A stretch of DNA of 64,000 bases from assembly GCA_043821285.1 (NCBI GenBank), contig JBDRCZ010000029.1, positions 14,959 to 78,958 of the forward strand, read 5' to 3'. The DNA is from Candidatus Omnitrophota bacterium (GTDB lineage: Bacteria; Omnitrophota; Gorgyraeia; B26-G9; JBDRCZ01). The position numbers were made by a program, and so were the translations under genes. Of the stretch, positions 1 to 12,000 are shown piece by piece; position 1 is the stretch's first letter; each line of letters starts with the position of its first letter. Below the pieces are notes generated by a model. That model was not told where the DNA came from, ran no database searches, and saw nothing but the letters and a program-made list of their open reading frames with translations.

Positions 1-3000
1 AGAGCTGCCTGATCACTCTTTCTTGCCTTGCGGCTATTTTCTCCGCTCAATGTTACCGTACGTAGGGCTTTTAATATTTCTCCTTTTAATTGTCCTTTAA
101 GACCATCAGATAACATGCTAAAATGTTGCTTGATTAAGCCCTCAACTAAGTTAGTAATTTCATTTTTAAACGCAGTTGCCTCCTCCCGTGCCTGGTTAAA
201 ACTCTGGTCAAGTATTGGCTGTTCAACACCAATCTCCTGTAATCGTTCTCTGCCTGCTTGGTAAAATTCTTGCTCTGCCTCGACCCAATCCCTCCCCTGC
301 ACGGTTAAATCAGAATCAGACAAGGTCTGGGCTAATCCTTCAATCCGCCAGTTGAGCCATGCTTCTAAGTCCTTAAATACCCTTTCTTTCTTACTCCTAA
401 CAACTCTCCCATTCCTAATTGTCATCACAATTATTTCACGCTCAGGGTCTTGTTCTAAATCCCTCCTTAATTCATCTACAGTTAAACTGGCATATCCGGT
501 TAAGGTATTTAAACGCACCTGATAAGGATTTTCCTGTTTTTGGTCATTTTCATCAAAAGCATTATTAGCAAAATGCGCTAAAGTTGAGTTACGCATTGCC
601 CGGGCATATTTTTTAATATAGGGATCTCGCAAACCACTGTTTAAAATTTTCTCAAGCTGCTGGTCAGCCTTTTGCATGGCCTCTTTTAAATCAGCGATTA
701 AAACCCGCAGCACGCGTTTGTCAAAATTAATACCCTGCGGCCTAAGTCCTAATTCTACTAACAGATTAAGCATTTGCTCTGCTTCTGCGTCATCAGCATT
801 GGCTATTTTTTCTAAATAAGCTGCTGGGTCTGGTTGCTGGCTAAGTTCTATTAATAGATTATGCACCTTTTTGTATTCTGGTTTTATCGCTAAATTTTTC
901 TGATCAGGATTGTTTATAAATGCATTCTTTTCCTGTTCAGTGATCATTTGATTATTCACTAAGGCAGTTAATAAATCTCCTAATAGTTCTTGCCTTTGTT
1001 GAGGTGAATCGTTATGCTCTTGAACATCTTTCTTATACTGCTTTATTCTTCCTTTTGCATCAGCAACCACCTGATCTAAACTATCCAAGGCTGCCTGGTG
1101 GGTATATTGGTTTAATTCATTAATCAGATTTTCAAATTGATGCTCTGATATTAGTAAATTGGGTAATTGCCTGGCTTCGGTAATTCTATTTTTAAGCTGT
1201 TCCTTAAGCGAGTCTTTTCCTGTACCCGACACCTGATCTAAATTAGACTGCTCAATAAAATCAGCAAAACCAGCCAACTGTTCATCGCGTACTTTTAGTC
1301 TCTCAATCGAAGGACTTGCCGGGTTAATCAGTCTGGCAATTGTCTGAGCTATCTGGTCATTACCTAAGTCTGCTAAAGTGAGTGGTTCATTCTCTGTTTC
1401 TCCGTCATTATCTTCTGGCCCGGCCTTAGATTCAGCCGCGGCATTTTGCTTGGTAATCAGGGCTTCAATTCTGGAAGCATATTCTTCCGGTAAATTTAGT
1501 TCATTTAATACCGGTAAAACGCCTAAATTTTTACTGGTTTGATTTAAAAGGGTATCAACGCTAATTGCTGCTTCGCCTTGGACATAGTATTTGTACATCT
1601 TTTTAGCCTGCCAGCCAAAAGAGAGTGGAGTAGATAATAAAGAAAGGGCCAGCATTGGGAAAGGCAAAGAAGAACCAGCACTAAATATTGAACTGATTAT
1701 TGGGATACTAATTGGCATGCTAACAAGACCAAGGATTATGGCTAAGCTTCCCAAAGGCAGTGCCAGTGAAAGTATATCTGTTCCAAGTTTCCTCACGAAT
1801 GATCCTTTTATTTTGTCCCACACTTCGTCTAACCATGATTTTTCGCCTTTGTTTCTAATCTGTTGAGAAAGCATTATTGCTCTTTGAAAATCACCGCTCT
1901 TCCATGCACTCGCAATCTCTGCATTCAGTTCCGCACGTTTTGCATTCAGTTTCGCGCGTTCATTTTGTTTGTCTGCTGCAAATAATCTATGTCCTCTTAA
2001 ATTATCTTCCATACCTAATACTGCCACCTGTGCTGACTGGGTGCGAGCAGTTTTAAATCCCGCCCAGGATAAACCCGCGCCTTCCTGCTGCCTTCCTGCT
2101 GCTTCCAGTTTTAATAAGGTATATGCTAATGCCTCAACATTTGCTGAAGTAGCTATCGCGGGATTTTGCTGCGTAAGTAGTGCCTCTGCCCGGGCTTCAA
2201 ACTCAACAAAACTCATCCTCTGCCCAGACTGTTCTACTGCTTTCTTAGAAAGGCCAAGGGTATTTGTAAAAGCAAACTGCTGGACACGGCTTAACGCAAA
2301 CCCGTCCTTTTTCACTTGCCGTCTTTTCTGCCAGCTTTCTATCGGCGCCTTATATACCTTGGGTTTGAGCATGGCTGCGGCAATCTCTTCTGGCTGGCTT
2401 AAAAATGTCTGGCTAAGCAGAGAACTTTCCTCAACCTCTTGTTTTGCCTCGTCAGTTAAGAAATTATACACTGTGGCCGCAATAATAAGATTATCATAAC
2501 TTACCTCAGGATTAAGCATGCCCAAGACAAAATCTATTACCTCTTCTTTATCTTGTGTATCATAATCCGCAAACGCGGAAGAATTAATAATATTTTCTGA
2601 TATAAAATCTAATATAGTTTGTGCCTGTTGGGGAGTATTTAGGGAAACGCCTTGCAAGGCTAAATCTTCTAACACCTGAGTAACGGGCGAGTCATTTGGC
2701 AGGAACACAGCTACGCGGGATAAAAGCTCAGGTGACCCACGGGTGCCATTTGAAAGAACGATCCGGTCAAAGTTTTTAAAAAGCTTGGCCTTTTCTGCTA
2801 AAGTAAGCCTGGCCTCCCCGCCTTTTCTGCGGGCTTGGTCAATCTGCTGGATAACATGAACCACGGTCCTATTCTGGCTGACATCATTGGCATGACTAAT
2901 TTCCTCGGATAAAATCCGGTCTAAGAACCGCCGGTGTTTGGCAACCGCAGTAATTTCTCGGATATTTACTGCCTCTCTAAAAGAGATATCTCTTCTCGCT

Positions 3001-6000
3001 TGTATTTTTTGATATCCTTCTGAGGTAAGGATACTCTCAGCAATATCCCTTAAAAGCGCGGCCCGGCTCTTTACCGCCTTGCCATAGTCACCTTTAGCAA
3101 TAAGGTCAAACAATTCCCGGGAAGAAGAAGCCACTCCCCGGATTGTCTGCTCAATAATCTCTTCCGCATTACGCGCATGATGACTTAATCTGAGATTAAC
3201 CTCAGCAGTATCTTTTTTATCTAAAATTGCTCTTAATTCTGCTTCTAAACTATCACGCTTTTGTTCTGAGGTTGCCAAACGCATCATGTGCTTTACTGGC
3301 TCAATCACCCCGCGGGAATAAGCGGCCTCGCGGATATGATGTACTAAGGCTGCAGAAAGCTCTTCACTTTGCATAAGTTCGGCATTGCGGATAAGTTCTT
3401 TTGCTTGGTCTTTTACTTCCCGGCCATAAGTTACTTGCATGCGTTTTAGTTCTTGCAGTCTTACCCCACTGGCGGTTTTTTCTCTTAAGGCACCTTTCAG
3501 ATAAAATACCCTTCTTAGACCTTCTGCTACATTTCTCCTGTTTCTGCCAATACCCTGATAAAGTTCTGATCTGGTCCAATTATGTCCATCCGCAATAACT
3601 AAATCAACAACGCCTATATAATCTATACCTGTTGCCCCTTTAACATTAGAAAGAATTATTCGATTTTGAGCATCATTAGCAAGGTCGCCGACTTTTTTCT
3701 CAGAGGCTGAAGTATTAATAAGCTCTATTGTTTCACCCAGATTATCATTCAAAAATTTTCTTACCAACTCATACATTACCGGATCTTTGACTAAGATTAA
3801 TACCCCCCGGCCATTTCTCCGGCTACTTACTATCTCACGGATAATATTTCGTATGATTGCTGGTTCTGATGCAAATCCACGCGTAACTACATCTTTATAT
3901 GTTGACGGGGTTATCTTAGCAACCCCTTTACCTAAGTGCAGCATATGCATAAGCTCAACTGTTTCTAAAGTACCAGATGCACCTAAAACCGAGGCCTGGC
4001 GGCCAAACATGCCTAATACCTCAGCAACGGTTGATTGGGAAGATGACTTACTATAAAATAATTTGTTCCGATCAACAATATCCGGACCATTTGCAGACTC
4101 TTTAGCATATAAAGCCGCAATAAAATACCGGTCACTAAACACCCGGTCCTCAGCAATATTTCCATTCTCAACCGGTTTAATCTCTTTGTCTTTTACATCA
4201 TATGTCTCTTGTTTCTCGGCAAACCTGGCATCAAAATATGCCTTAGCTGTTCTTTCCTTAATATTATGGGAGTTGATTATTTCCAGTGCCTTGCCATTTA
4301 AGCAATACTCCCCCCGATCCCGATAAACATAAGCATGTTCTTCTTTACGTGCCTCCGCAATATCCTGCGCTCTACCAATTTTTCCTTTTTCCGGCACACC
4401 TATTTCTTTTTGAAATATCGTATCTAATGCTTTTTTTGCATGAAATGCCGCCTCAATAAATTCTTTTTCTAACAGCAGCGATGTTTCAGAAGTAATATAA
4501 GTTACTTTACTGGAAAAAGGAATATGAAACTCATCAAATCTAACTACATCCTGCATGGCTAAGGCATCGCACAGCCGCTGATTTTTGCTTAAGCTTAAAA
4601 ACCCTAATCTGGTCTGGTCAACAACCACAATTTTATCCGGTGATAATAAAACATCAACCAGACCCTGTTCATTTCTCTCCGTATAATATTTATTGCCATC
4701 TTTTAATTCATAACCAAAAATGTCAACTAACTCCTGTAATTTAATTGATCCTTTTCCTCCATGCGCTTTATCACCCGCAAGCACGGTCTGTTCTGCTTCT
4801 CCGGTTTTTACAACCAGCAGTTGATTTAAACTCTTGCCCAGTGCCTTGGCTATCTCCCCTCTGACCAACATCTCCATAATAAAGCCTAAGGTCTTACCAC
4901 CACCAACTGCCTGATAAACACTATTTTCTTTTAACAGTTCTACAACCATCTTAATCTGGGCTGTAGATCTTTCTACATCCAGCAGGCCGGTTAACTCCTC
5001 CTTTGTTACATCCCGCCCCTGTTTCTTAAGCTCTAATTTTTTCGCTTCAATCAAATCCGCATGCGCCTTTTCAAAAACTATTCTTAATACTAAGCCGGTT
5101 AATCCTTCGACCATTTTTTCCCCACGGCCCGTAATTTCTCGCACCCTTTCTTGAACCGCGTCTTTGCTAATTTTCCCTTCAACAAGGATATCACGGTTAA
5201 ACTCAGTAATAATCTCGCCTTCTGCGCCTTGTAATTGTACCTTACCAGTCTCTTTATCAACAAAAACCTCAATCTCGCCAGATTCTAATCCCTGCACCAC
5301 TGCCTCAATCTCTTTACCCATCTTTCGCATGCCGCTGACAATCTCTAATTCTGGATAGAGCTTTATGAGCATTTCCACACCCATGTTCATTCTGGCAGAG
5401 CCAGCGATTAATTGAATTTCTTGTTTACCTAATATTCCTTCAACCCTGCGGTCAATTTGCTTATTTAATTCATTTATCCCCTGATTTAGCCGCTCAATTT
5501 GTTTATCAATCAGACGAACACTATTATCAAACGCTTCAATTCCCGTCCCGTTTTCTAAGCTATCTCTTCTTTCTGCTAACTGTCTACGTTTATCTCTTAG
5601 ATTATCAATTTTATTTAACAATTCATTTTTTTCCCGAATAAGCGGACTATGCTCTAATTCCTGTCTTGCGGTTTTTACTCTATCAATCAAATTACTAATC
5701 TCCGCATCAGCTACCCGGTCTAATTGTCTGATATAGGCATCTATAATATAGGTGCTTATATTTCGCGTGCTTAATTTCTCAGAAGTTAGCCCTTGCTTTA
5801 TGTTGCGCTCTAAGAGTGCTTGACCGCCAATGATTGTGGCCTCAGAAAAACCCTGGGGATTTTCACCAATTAATGCGTTTATATCCTTTAATATTTCTAA
5901 GTTGACCCGGTCCAGGGACTGGCTGATACTTTGCTGGCGTAAGGCAAGCTGCTGCTGGGTCTCACCCTTTAAATATGCCTGCTGATACTCTTGTTGTTTT

Positions 6001-9000
6001 TGATAATAATCGCGCTGTGTCTGGGTAAGTGTCTCAGCACCTTCTGCACTTAATCTTTTTTCAAGCCCTCGGGCATTGTAACGGTGTTCTTGCACATAGT
6101 CTACCAAGTGTCTTACATATTTTGTATCCTTAGGATTAATCCGATATACCTCCATTAACCCTTCAGTTATATTGCCCTCCAATCTATACGGCTCAAAGAC
6201 CTGCATAGATGCCTGCATCCTTAATGCCTCAGTAAGCTCTACTCTTAAAGGCGCCCGTTCACCAGAAGGCAGTTTTACCTCAACCAATACCTGATCCCCG
6301 ATCTGAACATCTTTATCTAACAGGCGCCGGGCATCCTGATCACCGACTAATTGTACCTCTTTACCTAATTTTTCTCGCAGAGTATCGCTTAAAGGTTTAA
6401 TTTCATTGTGGGCTCTAATCAAATTTCCTAACTCTGACAAGTTTAAAGAATTAACTCCCTTTATAAGTTCTGCACCAAAAGAATTTTCCACGCCTAATGA
6501 CTCTCTTCTTAGAGAATTTCTAAAAATAATTTCGGCATTAGAAGAATCTCCTGCTAATGCCTTACCGGCTAATTCCCAGTGAATATCGCTTCTGCCTTCA
6601 GGTTTGCCTTCTGCCAGCCATATACTATGAGCAAGAAATTTTTGTAAGTTATCTTTTTTGCCATCAGCCGCATATTCGCTTAAGTATTCTAACCCTAAAC
6701 GGATATCCCTGCCCACGGTAGCAAGATTGCCTCGGCTAAAATGCTGGGTAATCATATCTGTTTGCTGCTCCACAAAACCCTGTTCTCTTAAATAGTCTGC
6801 CACTACAGGCACTAATTCGCCCACCCTTTCTAAAACCTGCATTTCTAAATCTGCACCCTGACGTAATGCCTCTCTTAAACTCCCGTATTTCCTTACCGTG
6901 GCAAAATTCTTCACAGTTTTCTCGGAATTTATCTTGCCATCAGCTTCTCTTACGGTAAGCAACTCAGCGTTTAGCCGGTTTAGGTTTGGCTTCATAAATA
7001 GTAATGCCCAACCTAAAGCAAAACGTTCTCCTTCAGAAAATGCCATACCACTATATCTGGCTAATGCCTGCTCAAACCCACCCGCGGCCTGAATATCAGC
7101 CGCAGTCAATGCTCCACTTACAACATCTGCATACGCACCAGCTCTGCGCACACTCTGCAAACCCCGTTCAATACCGGTAACAAAACCCGAAACAAAGGTC
7201 AAAGATTTTGCCTCAAGCACTAAACCAGAGGCAATACTTAGGAAAGAATTATTTGCGGCCATGCCTCGGGCAAGCGAGCCTTCGATACGTGCCATTGGCC
7301 GGCCAATAAATGCGCGCGCTTTATTATATGCGCCTTCTCCAGCCTTAGCACGGGTGAGTGCTTGGGGAGATTTGCTAAGTATTTCATCAGAATGGCGCAT
7401 CATCACCTTAATCATCGGCCCCATAAATTTCCCTTCTTTTGCTGCAGCAAACCAGCTTATTGCCCGGTTAGCAGTAAAAAAGCTTCCCCAATCCAAAGGT
7501 AAATACCCCTGTTCCTCAGTCCCTTCTCTAAACCATGTATATTCATCTCCAATCTTAAACTGCCAAGAGGAGTTGATTAATTCTTGATTTCCCGTAAAAC
7601 GTCCAACTATTCTATCCGCTCCCGTTTCTAACACATGTATCCCCGTATCCCAGACAGGGCTTGCCATATTCATAACCATAGAAACAAACGGCCATTTTAT
7701 TGCCCCTTCTAACGCATCCAGGGCTAATTGGTTTATGCCATCACCTGTAAACGGGGTCTTGCTTCTCCTTAATAAACCAGTTTGTAATTCCGCAGTCTCT
7801 ACCCTGCTATAATCTCGCACGTGACCACCAATACCTTTCACAAACTCCATACCCTGCGGTGAAATTGCCCATTTAAATAGTATTCCAAGAAACGCACCTT
7901 TTGCAAATGCTGCGACAAATTCACCGGGAGTTGAACTGGCATTTAACCCGCCAGTAAGATAACTCCAAGCAATATTTCCAAATCCTCCAAGCGAAGCGAC
8001 GGTAAGACCTCCAATCACACGAGAGTTAAGTGTACCACTATAAATACCCTTATACGCACTTTCTCCAAGCCTATAAACTCTCGATAGACGAGTGCTATTA
8101 GAAATCCCCTGGTACGCTGTTGTCCCAAGATGATAGACTCTGGCCAGACGAACTTGACTTACCGCAGGATTAGCTGCACTCATCGCAGCAGTTGCTGCTT
8201 GAGATACATTTGCCACGCCGCCAAAAACACCCAATAATCCGCCAAGAATAAATCCGCCGATGAACCCTTTGGTATAAGTGTGTACATTTAACGGGTCAAA
8301 ATGAAATCCGGCATCTTTATTAATCCGGCCTTGATCATCAGTCTCATAATCCCAGCCAAAATAGCTCTTGGCACTAAGTTCTAAAGCCCCTAAAAATCCT
8401 TTATCTTCTCCCTGGCTAAACATCTGCTGGGCTAAGACATTATTCACCAACATATCAACATTACCAAAAACCGTACCCAAGTTAAGCCCTGCTCTTAAGC
8501 TGTGCAAGCCTATGCCCTTAAGTCCCTGGCTAGCCGTCTGGGTAAGCAAAACATTTGCCCCAGATAAGCCAAGCACACTCAGCGTAGTTGTGGCAAATAT
8601 TGCAATATTTTGTTCAAAGCTTAAAAATTGGCGATTATTAACCACAAAAGACGCAGCATTTGCGGCTGCAACTGCCGTAACTCCCATACTTGAAGCTGCA
8701 CCTACTCTGCTTGCAACAGGGGCTATTTTTGTTGCTATTGGCTCAAGTTTTTCCGCGAATCTGGCTGCTAAGGAAAATTTACCAGTAAGCTTCGTACCAC
8801 CCTTAGCAAGTAAAGTGCCGCCTTTAGCAAGCAAAGTACCGCCTTTTAATAACCCCCCACCAACAAACAGCAGTGGTACAGTAGTCGTCAAATCAACCCA
8901 ATCAAGAACACTGTATCCTCTAAAATCCAAAACATCCCCTTTATTCGGCAAAACTAAAGGAATAACAAAACTCATCGGGTTATGGGTCAATTGCATCCGG

Positions 9001-12000
9001 GTCATGGCAAAATCCATTCTTGCTTTAGCAAGAACAATATTTTGGTCTAATGTTTGTATCCTCTGTGCATATCCATTACTATTAATAATCATTGCCGCAG
9101 TATTACGTGCATCAGGGTCCTTAATCTTCTCTAATATTGCTGCTGGGGATATATCTCTAACCCTATCTACATGAGCTGGAGTTACCTCCCCGGGACTGCT
9201 GATGTAAGCCACAGGATTATCTCCATCACTATTTATTCTGGGGTCAATATAAACGTCACTCTCATTCATACCTACGAATTTATCGATATCAATCCCTTGC
9301 TTTGCTAATTGTTGTAATAATTCCACATAAACTCTGTCTTTTTGCTGATTTAAACTTGCCTTTTCACCAACCCCGCCAAAATAATCTCCAGTATCATTAG
9401 TCCCTACCGCAGATTCCCGGATACGTTTTTCAATCCCTGCCTGCAGTATTGCGCCAATATCCGCAAGAAGCTGTATATCTTGAATAAAATTATACAGGGT
9501 TGGATTGTTCGTGTAAAGCTCCTGCATTTTATTAGAATATGCATCCCGGGCACTTTTATAGTCTATGACAACTTGAGAACGTGCTTGAAGCTGCTCCGGC
9601 GTAAACCTCACAAGTTCCTCCGAAGAAAGGTCAAAGCCTGGGTTATCTATATATAAATTAAGCCGCACATCATACATGGTTCTGGCATGCTGCAGGTCTT
9701 GCCATACTGCATATGTATTTCCATAATTAGTCTTTAGCTCGTTTACTTTGTCATTATACTGTTTAGATTTATTCATATAATTATCTACCGCCGCATTATT
9801 ATATTTATTCTCATCACTATTCCAATACGTGGCAATCGCATCCTGCACTTGTCCATTTATTTTACGCACATCAAATAAGGCCTCGTAAGTTTCCAAAGAC
9901 GCCTTTGCTAAATTAACATCTGCAAAATGTGCGTCGTCTTGCTCCTGAATAAGTGCCCGAACTGTAGGATCATCCTTATATTGCGCTAATACATCTGCAT
10001 AATTCTGCTCCTGTTTCATCAGCTCCTCTATGGACTGATAAGTTTTCGGCATATTTTCCTTAATCATCTTTCTTGTCTGGCACTCCTCACGTAACACCTC
10101 AATTGCCGGCCTTGCCGCGTCCAGTAACTCCGCAAGCCTGCCGCGAGAAAAAATTTCCGGAGTAGTTTCGTCTAATAAACCCATGTATGATAACGCAGAA
10201 TTGGCATTGAATTTTATCTTCTGCACATCATAAGAAATAAGTGGGCTCTCAATATCTATATGCATTACCCAAAAGCTACCTGGCTGGGCTGGAGCATCGC
10301 CGCATTCTGCCTTTTTAAGTACAATTATTCCCTGGGTTGGGTCTAAGGTGTCTAATTCGTCTAACGCCTTTTTATAAGTAGTACTATTACGCGTATCACC
10401 ATTAGCTATTGCGGCCTTATATCTTTCTTCAACTTCCCCCCTTAATTCAATATTGATAAGCAAAAAAGTATCAGGGCTTGTAAGGTCATCCAGTTCTGGA
10501 GCATAAGCGCCTGCTTTTTCTCCTTGCGTTATATAACGACCTGTGTTTTCATCAATTGTACCTGCTACAACAGGTATCTTCTCTCTTGCATCCTTCCATA
10601 ATTCTGCTATATCCCTTCCGCCTTCCTCTTCTGCAAAACCCCAAACTTTATCCCATGCATCGGTTATTGCCGCACTTGCTCCTTCAAGTACCTTTTGAGC
10701 TGATTCTGTTAAGTTATACCATGCCTGTGCAATCCCCTGTGGTTTTTCATAAGCTTCTCTCGCTAAGTCCTCAGTTCCCGATCCAATTGCTAATTTCCAC
10801 AAATTATCCGTTGCCTCATTAGCTAGTTCCATTAAATCTTTTACTGGTTTTGGCAAAGCTAACCCTAAGTTGTGTAATGCCTCACCAATTGGTCCAAGCC
10901 CACATACTAATTCTAATGCTCCCGGTCCATCCTCTGCTGCAGTTGGATATAACTTTGTTTGCAAGTCAGAAATTCTATTCTGTTCTTGCTGTAATAAAGG
11001 AAAGTTGGTAAAAAGATTACTTGTTAGCGGTTCTAACTTTTGCCTTAGACCATATAATATATTCACAAGCGGATCATTTGTATCAAGACCCTTAATCTCG
11101 ACTCTTCCATCTTCCGTTTGTATTATGTCATATCTATTAGTTATCTCTTCTTTTTTTTGATTAAAGAAATTCATTAAGTTATTTAACCCTGGAATAGTTA
11201 ACTCGGGCAGGTTTGGTGGTTTTGTCTGCTGTAAATAGGCGTTTTGCACTGCTGGCATACCAGTATTAGGATCAATAGGAGCGGCTGTCTGTGGATTTGT
11301 TGGACCAAATATTTGAGGTAATTGTGCCATAATGCCACCAACAACACCAGTTACACCATTTAACGTATGTATAAAGCTAACCTGCTCATCTAGAGATAAT
11401 TTTGATTGATTAGCCGGCGCTTCACTTGATTTACCAGCCGTAAAATAGCTATTATTTAAAGTTTCATCATCCAATAGTGGGATGTATCCCATATTGTCTA
11501 ACTCATAGGTCAAAGAACTTGGCCCCATAAATAAATTTTTCAACCCCTCCCACCCCGGGATATCTACTTGTGCTGCGGACATTGTTACGGGTATGTATCC
11601 TATGGAATCATCTTCTGATATGTATCCTAAATCCCAGGTATCTGTATCTATCGTCGTTTCAGTTAGCGGTGCAAAAAGCATTGCTCCTATGTCTAAAAAT
11701 GACGGCTCTTCCGGGCTCCAGGCTAATGTGTCCTCAGAAGCAACTGGAACATTGAATAAATCTACAAAATTTCTTGCCCCATCCAAAAGGGGATCTAAGG
11801 TAACTTGAGTTAAATCTATATTTGGCAGAGCTAAAGGTGATTGCGCCTCCTTATTAAGGTTATCCCAGACAAAGATATTTTCTTGAGGAGAAGGTGGCTG
11901 CTGGGGGTTATTGAATAAATTTAAAAAATTATTTGCAGCACTGGCCGCACCATTTAAAAAATTATCCCACCATGAAGTTTGCGGCGCTGTATTTGCATCC

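Noticed and set aside
8368-9174. Plus-strand ORFs listed inside 1-15000 (e.g. 8368-9174 at 268 aa, 1969-2499, 12966-13340)
   Set aside because: They lie antisense to the continuous giant minus-strand frame and have low-complexity, Ser/Leu/Pro-skewed composition typical of antisense artifacts.
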